Of a DNA stretch of 64,000 nt, positions 45,970 through 54,941 are shown piece after piece. The notes below the pieces were generated by a model that saw nothing but the letters and a program-made list of their open reading frames with translations, did not search any database and was not told the DNA's origin. Position numbers and translations under genes: made by a program. How positions within the stretch are numbered: position 1 is the stretch's first letter; every line of letters starts with the position of its first letter. The DNA is from a virus. Taxonomy: Duplodnaviria; Caudoviricetes. Location: positions 128,001 to 192,000 of the IMG/VR virus record IMGVR_UViG_3300028624_000003; one strand, written 5' to 3'.

Positions 45970-48900
45970 ATGGCGAAAGACGATTTCGATCTTGGACCTG
46001 AATTCGATGACTTTTCTAGTGAGTTTGATGATCTCAATTTTGACGATCCTGTCTCTACCAATACGAAATCAAGCCGTGATCCTGTCACACAGGCAAAACA
46101 AGGTTTGACTTCTGGTCTGTCCGCCGCTGGTAAATCTATCGGTCCGAAACTTGCAAGTAAGATCGATCAGAACATACCCAACGTAGGTTCTCTCGTTGGT
46201 GAAGGAATGCAGCTAGCTTCGGGTGTACAAGCTACAGCTCAGAAGTTTGCACGAGATGTCACTCCTTCGATACTCCAACTCAAACGAAGTGCGCGTATAG
46301 TTGCACCGAAGCTGACTAAGTACCTACCTGAAAAAGTATCTAAGAGGATCGATGAACTCCTTAAGACTGAGCAATCTGTATCAGGTAAAGTATCTGTAGA
46401 AGCATCACGCAAAGCAGAGATAGACGAAAGTCTGGCGCTTATTTTCGCAGCACAAGAAAAGCGCGCACAGACTACCTACGTCGAAGATCGTGCTGAGCGC
46501 ATGCTCGATAAGACTACAGAAAAGATACGGCACGAAGACATGACGAAACTAGTCGACTCTATTCGAGTCGCTACTGAGTTTCAGAAGAACTTTACGTCCA
46601 CTGTCGGTATCGGATATCTCAAGAAGAGTCTGGAACTCAAGTACCAGCATTTGTTTGTCGCGAAGGATACCCTGTCTACTGTACAGGGTATGGCTAAGGT
46701 ACTTGAAACCAAACTCGAACAAATCAGACACAATAGTGCACTGCCGGATATTCAGAAACAGCATTTGTCCGAATCTTACAAAGACGTGATGCGTCAGTCT
46801 GTTTCACAGAGACTGAACCAGCATCTCTCTGGGTGGGGTGGACGAATACTCAAGAACATTCAATCGAAAATACTCGATCCTGTAGTCCAAGGTCTCGATA
46901 TGGCTGCTGGTGGCGCAGATATGTACGCCAGTATGTCCGAGGCTATGGAAGGGTTTGGTCCCCAAGAGACTGCCGCACAGAAAGTTGGCGGATTTGCAGG
47001 GGGTCTTGCATCAGGTAGAATAGCATCGTGGCTTTCTAAGAAAGCATTCGGTGATGGTACTACTCAGGGTATGCTATCCCCGTACGGTCGTAGCGTCGGC
47101 GATATCGCATCGCAAACGAAACTGAGACTACTTCTCAAGTCCAAAGAACTTCAAGAGAATGCAGAACCCGGATCATTCACTGGGTTCCTTGCTGACATAC
47201 TTGCACCAGGTATTAACCGTGGTGGCGGGGTAATTTCTAACGATATGCTCAATCCTACTGATGCAGTACCTTTCGATAGGTCTGTTCGGCAGAGCATCGT
47301 AGAAGTCATCCCTGGTTATCTTGCCAAATCCGTACAGTTGCTGACTAAGCTCGCTACCGGTGAAGATGCAGAAGAACTCACTTATGATCACACCAAACGG
47401 GATTTCGTGAGTGTTTCTGATTTCCGTAGTCGCGTAGTAAACGAAGCGTTTGGTGATGCTGTATCTCGCGGTCGCCAGATGGGTGAATTGGTAGGTACTT
47501 ACAGAGGTGTAACGGCCGCTGCTGGAAAAGATGTGGCCAGGTTTGATGAGATGTCGCAAGACATCGCGACTGTGCTCACTCATCATGCCCTTAAGAAGTA
47601 TCTGCTTAATCCCAAGGTACTGCAAAAATACGTAGAAGGTGAAGAACTCTCCGATAAGGAACAGAACTACATCTCTCGTGTTTTTGAAGGTATCGAGAAT
47701 CGCCGTGCTGTAGCAACTGCGATGATTGCACCTTTGATATCTACCGACGGTAAGGTAGATCTGATAGCAGAAGAGCGTATCAATAGAGTCATTATCGCTA
47801 TCATGGGTAGTGACAGCTATCTTGATACTCTTCCGAAATATCTGCACGGGCTTGGACAGAGCAGACATCTTAGCGATCTCTTTGAGTCAGATGGAGCCGG
47901 ATTTGCTTTTAACCAGAAGCGAATTCGAGAAATTCTGTTCGGCGGAAGTAGAGACGACTATGCTTCTTCCGTAACGGATACTTCTGACAGGATCAAACGC
48001 TTCTTGGATCAGGACGCGGATGAAAAATCAGCTACTCCTGAATTTGTCCGGAAGTTGTTTAAGCCGATATTTGGCGACCCTACTGAAAGAGAAAAGGCTC
48101 CAGACGCCACCGCAGACGGACTCACTCCGGAGACCTCTGCAGCTGTAGCAGTAATCGCCAAAGAAATCGAAAAGCGAAACCAGGGTACATTTTCTTACGA
48201 CCCTACTCGATCTTCAGGTGCGCGATATGCGCTAGGAAGTAATCTTCCTGCTGTGATCGATGCTGGTTATCGTGGACCGAGGTATACGTCTCTTCTGGAT
48301 TCTGAAGATATTCGTCCCGGTATCGTGAATTCGGACATCATCGATGCCGAAGTCTACGAGTCGACGCGTGGTACCACGGGTACCAGTAGCAGTGGACTGG
48401 AAGGAATATTCAAAGAACACGCAGAAAGACAACACCCCGTACCAGATCTGCTGCAGAAAATACTCGACAACATGGAGACGAACACCAAATATCTCGGTGA
48501 GATCAATGACAAGGTTCTGTCAATGCTTGCTGAGATTGGTGATGGTTTCTTTGGAAAGCTCACACACCGTGGTAAGGACTTCGGTAAATCTCAGCTGGAC
48601 AAGCTGATGAGACTGAAGACCAAAGCACAAGCTAAGATCAAAGATGCTGCAGAAGGTATGTATCTTCGTGCGCTCTATGGTAAAGACAAAATACGAGACA
48701 AGGGTGACGAACTCTATCTCCGTATGTTGTACGGGAAGGACTATCTTCTCGGAAATCAACTTGCAGGTACTCAAGGTATTCTCGGACGACTCACGGGTGG
48801 TCTTGTAGGAGCTGGTGGTACACTAGCGGGTGCCGGTGCGTCTGTTCTCGGTAGAAGTATTGGTAAGTACCAAGACTTCCGCAATAGCTGGGATAAGCGC

Positions 48901-51900
48901 AAGGAAGACTTCGCTAAGAAATATCGTGGAACCTACAAGCGGGGACTCGTCAAGGGTCGGCGGTTTGGAAGGAAAATTAAGTCTGCAGCGAATCTGAATT
49001 TCAGATATGTCGACATCTATCTGAAGGATAATGTGGAACCAGGTAAGCCTCTTCTGACAAAGAAGAAGCAAGTCGAAGGTGTCATCTTCTCCAACGGAAA
49101 GAAAGTCCAGTCTTCGTACGATATCAAATTACCTGTGCTCGATCCTGTCACGGGTGACACCCTGATCACGGAAGAAGATATCAGTATCGGACTCGTCGAC
49201 ATCGAGAACAGATCTCTTTCTACCGGACTCTCTGCTATCAGCTTGCTTAAGCGTGGATTCGGTTCCACGTTTGGTGGTCTCTCCAAGCTTAAGGATTTGT
49301 TCTCATCGTCAAATCCTCTAGCGAAGCTCGTTGGTAGTGCAGGTTCAGCATTCTTCGATCTCGTTGGTGCCGGTGGTAAATTCGGGTTCAAAGCATTCAG
49401 TAAGATGTTTGGGCTTGATGATACCAGTATCAATAAGGAGATACTGCAGTCTGTCGTAGGTGATAAACTCGACGCCATACTCGAGTTTTTGAAGTCCCGA
49501 TTCGGGGACGGCAACATACCTCCTACTGCACCTCAGACACAATCCACTTCTCCGGTATCCTCGGATATAACCGCAGGCGACCGTGACGGTGACGGTAAGC
49601 GAGACACGATCTTCGAAGAACTCGTCGCAAAGGACGAAGAGAAGAAAGAAGCAAGAGCACAAGCCGCGCAATTGTCCATGGCTGACTCTCTTAAGAAGTT
49701 GGTCGATTATAGTGCTAAGCAGCTTGACACTGCTAAGAGTACCCTTAAGGTACAGAAAGAAGTAGCAGATGAAGCCGGTGGCGGAATCATCGACAAAATA
49801 CTTGGATTCCTCGGACTTAGAAGTGCTGCAGGTGGTCTAGGTACGATGATAAAGGGTGCCGGTGGCGCATTACTCGCTAAGGTGGGTCTCGGTGGTCTAT
49901 TCGGTGGTGGAGCTGCTGCAGCAGCAGGTGCTGCAAGTACTACCGCCGCCGCTGGAGCAACTGCTACTTCCGCTGCTGTAGCTACTGGTGGAATCGGTGC
50001 AGCTATGTCCGGAATGGGTGGTGCACTGGCCGCTTCCCTTGCGTCCAACCCAGTAGGTTGGGCAATTGGTGGAACCATACTAGCTGCAGGTGCTGCGTAT
50101 GCTGGATATAAGTGGCTCAATCCTTCCGGGGATCTCGGAATAGAAACCCGTGCGAAAATATACGGGATAAAACTGGACGAATCCACAGGGATGTTCAGCG
50201 AATCCATGACTGCGAAAGTCATCTCGCTCGAAGAAGAAACCGATTCTATTCTGGACAACAAATCTGCACCAATGAACGACAGCTCGATTCGTAATTGGGC
50301 AGGTAGATTTGGATTTGACGTCAAGAACGCAGAAGAAATTCGTTATTGGGCGACGTGGTATCGGCAAAGATTTGTTCCTGCATTCCGTATTTATATCAGC
50401 CTAGTAAAGCAGGCAGGATATACGTACAGCAATGTGGATGATATCCCCGAAGAATCTATCGCTGCTATCGAAAAGGTATTCCTTGATCGAGTAGGTCCTC
50501 ACGTACAACAGTACAAGGATCTCACTCCCGACAAGAACGGATATGCCAAGTATCAACGAGCGCTTAAGAAGCTCGAAGAAGATGCCAAAAAATCTGGTGG
50601 CGTAGACCTGACAGAAGAAGAAATAGATGCAGCTCAGACAGGTCGGACTGCGCAATCCGATACCACCAGATACTCTTCGAAATACTCCAGCACCACAGTC
50701 AGGTCAGCTGCAGCCGCTAGAATGAGTAATGGAGATTACGACACTCCTACTGGAAAAGAAAAGCAGCAGCAGGCTAAATCTCCTAGCTTCTGGGAAAAGA
50801 CCAAATCATTCTTCGGCTTTGGTTCTGGTGGATCTGGACAGAATGTCGAACCTGTTGACACATCTGGATACAACCCTCCTCCACCGGATTCCAATGAACT
50901 AGGTGCACTTTCTGCTAAATTCGAGTCCGCCAAGCTTGGCTCTCTGGCTATCGGATTTGATGGTACTGGAGGTACATCGTACGGTAAGTACCAGATAGCG
51001 ACAAGAACAGGGACTTTTAACCGGTTCTTGAAGTTTGCTGCATCTGCTGGTGGTGACGGTACTGAAGTTGCTAAAAGACTGCAGAACGCAGGTGATCCCG
51101 ATACTGGAGGAAAGAACGGATCAGTTCCTAATGAGTGGAAGAAGCTCGTTATGGAAGGAAAGATGGGTGACCTGGAACACAAGTTCATACAAGCCACTCA
51201 TTACGATCCTGCTTTTGGTGGACTCAATCCTGAACTTCGGTCCATGGTAGAGAAATCCAAAGCACTTCAAGACGTACTCTGGTCCACTGCCGTACAGCAC
51301 GGCCCAGCAGGAGCAAAGAGCATCTTCAATGCTGCATTTGCTCAGGCAGGCAGCGCTCCTACACCGGATCAGATCATTAAGCTTGTATATGGGCATCGTG
51401 GGAACAAATTCCCATCGTCCACTGCAGCGATACAGTCATCCGTAAAAAGTAGATTCCGGACTGAAGCAGCTATGGCTCTCGCCATGCTTGCAAAGGAAAA
51501 GACTACTCCCGGGAATGAGAATCCTGACCAGCCTCCTGTATCTGGTACGAAGTATGAGGTACCTGCAGCCGAAGGAACTCCTCAGTCTGTAGCGTCCACA
51601 ACATCGCAGCAGAAAGCACCTGGTATTGACACTACGCGAGACTCGACGGCAAATGCGCCTCAGTCTGCAGTAGCCACTTCAAATACCGGTACTGGAGGAA
51701 TGCCTACAAGTCCTATCTCGTCAGCTACTACTGATGCGACGACACCTAGTGCCAAAACTACATCAGGACCTGCGGATAGCGGCGTAGCAGAGCTTAAGCA
51801 GTTGAATGCCAGCATGACTCAGCTTCTTAAGAGTGTGGATGCTCTGGTAGTCGGTCAGAACGTACTGTCCGAAATTCGTGACGGTATCAACTCTGGTTTT

Positions 51901-52050
51901 GCTGATGTGCGCGGAATGTCTTCTGGGTCTTCTGACTCAGTTAAGAGTGCTGTCGCCTCTCAAAGTGCTAGCTCAAGTGCTGCCCCGACTTCTACCGGAC
52001 CGGGGGCACCTGCTATTCCTATGAGACGTGCATCCAGACGTAGTGTCTGA
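45970..52050 (+). CDS. Large tail-associated (tape-measure-like) protein with C-terminal muramidase domain (phiKZ gp181-like)
   Basis: 2026 aa; KSLELKYQH and SIVEVIPGYLAK motifs; Gly/Ala hydrophobic stretch; LSAKFES...GG.SYGKYQI...VLWSTAVQHGP lysozyme-like domain. Confidence 0.85.
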   Translation: MAKDDFDLGPEFDDFSSEFDDLNFDDPVSTNTKSSRDPVTQAKQGLTSGLSAAGKSIGPKLASKIDQNIPNVGSLVGEGMQLASGVQATAQKFARDVTPSILQLKRSARIVAPKLTKYLPEKVSKRIDELLKTEQSVSGKVSVEASRKAEIDESLALIFAAQEKRAQTTYVEDRAERMLDKTTEKIRHEDMTKLVDSIRVATEFQKNFTSTVGIGYLKKSLELKYQHLFVAKDTLSTVQGMAKVLETKLEQIRHNSALPDIQKQHLSESYKDVMRQSVSQRLNQHLSGWGGRILKNIQSKILDPVVQGLDMAAGGADMYASMSEAMEGFGPQETAAQKVGGFAGGLASGRIASWLSKKAFGDGTTQGMLSPYGRSVGDIASQTKLRLLLKSKELQENAEPGSFTGFLADILAPGINRGGGVISNDMLNPTDAVPFDRSVRQSIVEVIPGYLAKSVQLLTKLATGEDAEELTYDHTKRDFVSVSDFRSRVVNEAFGDAVSRGRQMGELVGTYRGVTAAAGKDVARFDEMSQDIATVLTHHALKKYLLNPKVLQKYVEGEELSDKEQNYISRVFEGIENRRAVATAMIAPLISTDGKVDLIAEERINRVIIAIMGSDSYLDTLPKYLHGLGQSRHLSDLFESDGAGFAFNQKRIREILFGGSRDDYASSVTDTSDRIKRFLDQDADEKSATPEFVRKLFKPIFGDPTEREKAPDATADGLTPETSAAVAVIAKEIEKRNQGTFSYDPTRSSGARYALGSNLPAVIDAGYRGPRYTSLLDSEDIRPGIVNSDIIDAEVYESTRGTTGTSSSGLEGIFKEHAERQHPVPDLLQKILDNMETNTKYLGEINDKVLSMLAEIGDGFFGKLTHRGKDFGKSQLDKLMRLKTKAQAKIKDAAEGMYLRALYGKDKIRDKGDELYLRMLYGKDYLLGNQLAGTQGILGRLTGGLVGAGGTLAGAGASVLGRSIGKYQDFRNSWDKRKEDFAKKYRGTYKRGLVKGRRFGRKIKSAANLNFRYVDIYLKDNVEPGKPLLTKKKQVEGVIFSNGKKVQSSYDIKLPVLDPVTGDTLITEEDISIGLVDIENRSLSTGLSAISLLKRGFGSTFGGLSKLKDLFSSSNPLAKLVGSAGSAFFDLVGAGGKFGFKAFSKMFGLDDTSINKEILQSVVGDKLDAILEFLKSRFGDGNIPPTAPQTQSTSPVSSDITAGDRDGDGKRDTIFEELVAKDEEKKEARAQAAQLSMADSLKKLVDYSAKQLDTAKSTLKVQKEVADEAGGGIIDKILGFLGLRSAAGGLGTMIKGAGGALLAKVGLGGLFGGGAAAAAGAASTTAAAGATATSAAVATGGIGAAMSGMGGALAASLASNPVGWAIGGTILAAGAAYAGYKWLNPSGDLGIETRAKIYGIKLDESTGMFSESMTAKVISLEEETDSILDNKSAPMNDSSIRNWAGRFGFDVKNAEEIRYWATWYRQRFVPAFRIYISLVKQAGYTYSNVDDIPEESIAAIEKVFLDRVGPHVQQYKDLTPDKNGYAKYQRALKKLEEDAKKSGGVDLTEEEIDAAQTGRTAQSDTTRYSSKYSSTTVRSAAAARMSNGDYDTPTGKEKQQQAKSPSFWEKTKSFFGFGSGGSGQNVEPVDTSGYNPPPPDSNELGALSAKFESAKLGSLAIGFDGTGGTSYGKYQIATRTGTFNRFLKFAASAGGDGTEVAKRLQNAGDPDTGGKNGSVPNEWKKLVMEGKMGDLEHKFIQATHYDPAFGGLNPELRSMVEKSKALQDVLWSTAVQHGPAGAKSIFNAAFAQAGSAPTPDQIIKLVYGHRGNKFPSSTAAIQSSVKSRFRTEAAMALAMLAKEKTTPGNENPDQPPVSGTKYEVPAAEGTPQSVASTTSQQKAPGIDTTRDSTANAPQSAVATSNTGTGGMPTSPISSATTDATTPSAKTTSGPADSGVAELKQLNASMTQLLKSVDALVVGQNVLSEIRDGINSGFADVRGMSSGSSDSVKSAVASQSASSSAAPTSTGPGAPAIPMRRASRRSV

Positions 52051-52070
52051 TCGTAACAAAGGAATTCGAC

Positions 52071-53921
52071 ATGCTAGCTACACAAACACAGTTCAACGAC
52101 AACATGATGTCGTCCCGACTTCCGTTTGTTTTCCAGATAGGTAAAGAATTCGCCACGTTTCAAGAGACGTTGAATTATATCACCGATCCTGGAAATGACG
52201 GAATAATCAAAGGTACTCTGTCAGACTTCAATACGAAGCTGTCCGAGATTACACCTGAGATATACATGCGAGCAAACGTATCCACCACCAGAATTGGTGG
52301 AAACGATGCCATCAACTGCTATCCGCAGTTCTGTCGAAATGACGATATCATTCACCCAGTGACTGGGTTCAATGGAAGTACGTTTGACGGTCTGGGGCGT
52401 GTCTACAGTGAAGTGTACGACATGCCCCAGCAATTACTGCACATGACGTTCGGTTGTCCTCAGCACGGAGATATGCTTTCTTTTTACACCGACGCTATCA
52501 AAACAAACGTAGCAGATCTCGTCAACAAAGGCGAGCAGTCTACTACGCGAGTTCTTTCAGAGCTCATTGGGAAATTAGCGGTAGGTGCTGCAGTGGTGGG
52601 ACTGGCGATCAATATCCCTGCAATCCCTCTTCTTTACATGGCAAAGAAAGCAGCAGAAATAATTGACACAGACAGAGTCACCAAGTACTACGATTTTCGT
52701 GCGACTATGCCGTTGTACTACCGATATGTTAACAGCATTCTTGCGCATATCGCTGTTAACTTAGGTCTCATTCCCAACGGACCTGGAGGACAGACTGCAG
52801 GTCAAATGAACGAAACCTACAAGAATTTGTATTCGAACGATGGTGCAAATCCTGATGGTATACCTAGCATACTCCGAGAAGGGTGCGACATATATCGCAT
52901 CTTGGCTACAAGAGACAAATATCTCGGTACTGACCGAGGTAATGTTTCATCTGAAGACTATCTTCTCGGAGACGAAGACAGCAAGAAGACTGGGTGGTTT
53001 GATACGTTCTTCTCCAGAATAGACTCATCGATGCACGGTGCGGACAAATTTGTCGGTTTCCGTATCGAGAAGTCAGTGGATAGTAGCGAATCATTCAGTA
53101 ACAACGTCGGCGAATCATCCGTGGCAGGAATGCTGAATTCCAAATCTTTGAGTATGAAGGATTTGGCGTTCTCCGCTATGGGTGGTAAGGTAGCAGATAT
53201 TCCTGGCCTAGGTGTAGTAGGAGATGCACTTCAAGGGCTCTTACAGGGTGCGTCCAGTGTTCTAGGAGTAGTAGGTACTGGTGCAGGTATCATGACTGGT
53301 CAAGGGATGGTAGATATACCGAAAGTCTGGCAAGGTAGTAGCTTCTCCAAGAGCTACAACTTTAGCATGACTTTTAAAGCACTGGAAGGATCTCCTCTTT
53401 CAGTGTTTCAAGATATCGCACTCCCTCTATCTATGCTACTAGCTGGCGCAATGCCTCGCTCAGTCGGGGAAAACGGTTACACACAACCATTTCTTGTACG
53501 TGCTTATAGCAAGGGTATCTTTGCTGTTCCGCTCGGAATGATCACGTCACTTACTATCAAACGTGGTGCGCAGGAATTCGGGTGGAATAACTCGATGCTT
53601 CCGACACAAGTCGAAGTATCTTTCACTATCGAGGATCTCGCTCCTGTCATGCACATGGCATTGATGGACGGGGCAGCTGAATTCATGAAGATCTTTGGTG
53701 CCAACTCAGCATTCCAAGAGTACCTCCTTACGTTGTCTGGTATGGGACTCAACGAACGTCTGGTGTGGACACAGAAGCTCTTCAGGAAACTCGCCGTATC
53801 GCTTCGCATTGCACGAAGTACTTACGGCAACCCACTGTACTGGGCGACAGGTATCGGTAACTCCACCATCCCCAGACTAATGGCAGCATTCACGCCGTAT
53901 ACACGGTACGGAAACAAATAG
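52071..53921 (+). CDS. Virion structural protein (phiKZ gp182-like)
   Basis: TRIGGNDAINCYPQFCR..DI, ESFSN..GES, PKVW..SS, PFLV.....G...LGMI.SL.I.RG; follows the gp181-like gene. Confidence 0.75.
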   Translation: MLATQTQFNDNMMSSRLPFVFQIGKEFATFQETLNYITDPGNDGIIKGTLSDFNTKLSEITPEIYMRANVSTTRIGGNDAINCYPQFCRNDDIIHPVTGFNGSTFDGLGRVYSEVYDMPQQLLHMTFGCPQHGDMLSFYTDAIKTNVADLVNKGEQSTTRVLSELIGKLAVGAAVVGLAINIPAIPLLYMAKKAAEIIDTDRVTKYYDFRATMPLYYRYVNSILAHIAVNLGLIPNGPGGQTAGQMNETYKNLYSNDGANPDGIPSILREGCDIYRILATRDKYLGTDRGNVSSEDYLLGDEDSKKTGWFDTFFSRIDSSMHGADKFVGFRIEKSVDSSESFSNNVGESSVAGMLNSKSLSMKDLAFSAMGGKVADIPGLGVVGDALQGLLQGASSVLGVVGTGAGIMTGQGMVDIPKVWQGSSFSKSYNFSMTFKALEGSPLSVFQDIALPLSMLLAGAMPRSVGENGYTQPFLVRAYSKGIFAVPLGMITSLTIKRGAQEFGWNNSMLPTQVEVSFTIEDLAPVMHMALMDGAAEFMKIFGANSAFQEYLLTLSGMGLNERLVWTQKLFRKLAVSLRIARSTYGNPLYWATGIGNSTIPRLMAAFTPYTRYGNK

Positions 53922-53955
53922 CTGGAAGGAGGACGAAAGTCCTCCCTCCAGTTTT
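53922..53955 (+). terminator. Intrinsic terminator
   Basis: CTGGAaGGAGGAC-gaaa-GTCCTCCcTCCAG TTTT. Confidence 0.8.
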
Positions 53956-54002
53956 ATATTTCTACTATATTTGAGAGGTGTATGTACTAGGAGGAATTAA
54001 CC

Positions 54003-54341
54003 ATGTATAGAAACAGAATAGTACGCAGGTACCCGAGTACATATTTTCGAGGTTATGTATTCGCAGGCGATGACATGGCGTGCAATTGTGAGATAAAGAA
54101 AACGAATTCACGGGTTTTCGTATACTCTCTTTATACTGAGGAGAAGTATAGACGACAAGGGTGTGCCACTAGACTTCTCAATTACATCATGTCGTATTTC
54201 AAAAATTGTGACATGATCCTTCAAGTATACGAAACCAATCATGGAGCTCGTGCGCTGTATGACAAACTAGGATTCGTTGAACTGGATTATCAGTTGGACC
54301 AGTATGGCGAGAAGGTATTCAGACTACTCAAGCTAGCATAA
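54003..54341 (+). CDS. GNAT-family acetyltransferase
   Basis: LYTEEKYRRQGCATRLL (acetyl-CoA motif A), LQVYETNHGARALYDKLGF. Confidence 0.88.
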   Translation: MYRNRIVRRYPSTYFRGYVFAGDDMACNCEIKKTNSRVFVYSLYTEEKYRRQGCATRLLNYIMSYFKNCDMILQVYETNHGARALYDKLGFVELDYQLDQYGEKVFRLLKLA

Positions 54342-54360
54342 CCCAGTAAAATTTCTGATA

Positions 54361-54376
54361 TACATTACTACTACGA
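54361..54376 (+). promoter_or_regulatory. Early promoter motif (variant)
   Basis: TACATTAC tacta CGA. Confidence 0.6.
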
Positions 54377-54413
54377 AAGATCCATAACTATCCATAAGGA
54401 GGCGTAGTTTGAA

Positions 54414-54842
54414 ATGGACAATACCTTAGTAGTATTTGAACCATTCGAAGTCGATGCGGTCGCGCTCATCCTGGATTTTCATCGGTACGTGTTTCATGAC
54501 TACTACGTACTTAACCCGACAGAGCAATCTATCAAACTGGCACAAATCGGGATCGATGTAAACTACGGTGAACCTGTCGTACGTCTGGTCATCTCCAATG
54601 AGGATGAGAGAGACTGGACGTACAGCTATCCTGAACAAGTAAAAGAACAGCTGATCGATCTGCACGGATCTGACGCATACACGAGTGCGCCAGAATACTT
54701 TCCTTTACGTCTTCTGACTGAAGTACGTGAAGGTAAAATATTCAATCTCGGTGTTTTCTCGGGAATCAGGGCATCTCAGATGACGGCGCTCGGGGGCACA
54801 GAACTCACCTTCGAGCGCGTAATCTGGCACATGTCGGAATGA
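54414..54842 (+). CDS. Hypothetical protein
   Basis: AAGGAGG RBS, 142 aa. Confidence 0.75.
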   Translation: MDNTLVVFEPFEVDAVALILDFHRYVFHDYYVLNPTEQSIKLAQIGIDVNYGEPVVRLVISNEDERDWTYSYPEQVKEQLIDLHGSDAYTSAPEYFPLRLLTEVREGKIFNLGVFSGIRASQMTALGGTELTFERVIWHMSE

Positions 54843-54843
54843 T

Positions 54844-54875
54844 GAGTAGCGGGTGGGTAATCCCACCCGCTACTC
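54844..54875 (+). terminator. Hairpin/terminator
   Basis: GAGTAGCGGGTGGG-taat-CCCACCCGCTACTC. Confidence 0.7.
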
Positions 54876-54941
54876 GCATCCTGTGCACGTTAATTTTTTG
54901 TCTAATAGCTTATCGTATAGACTTTTAAGGAGGACTCCCTC

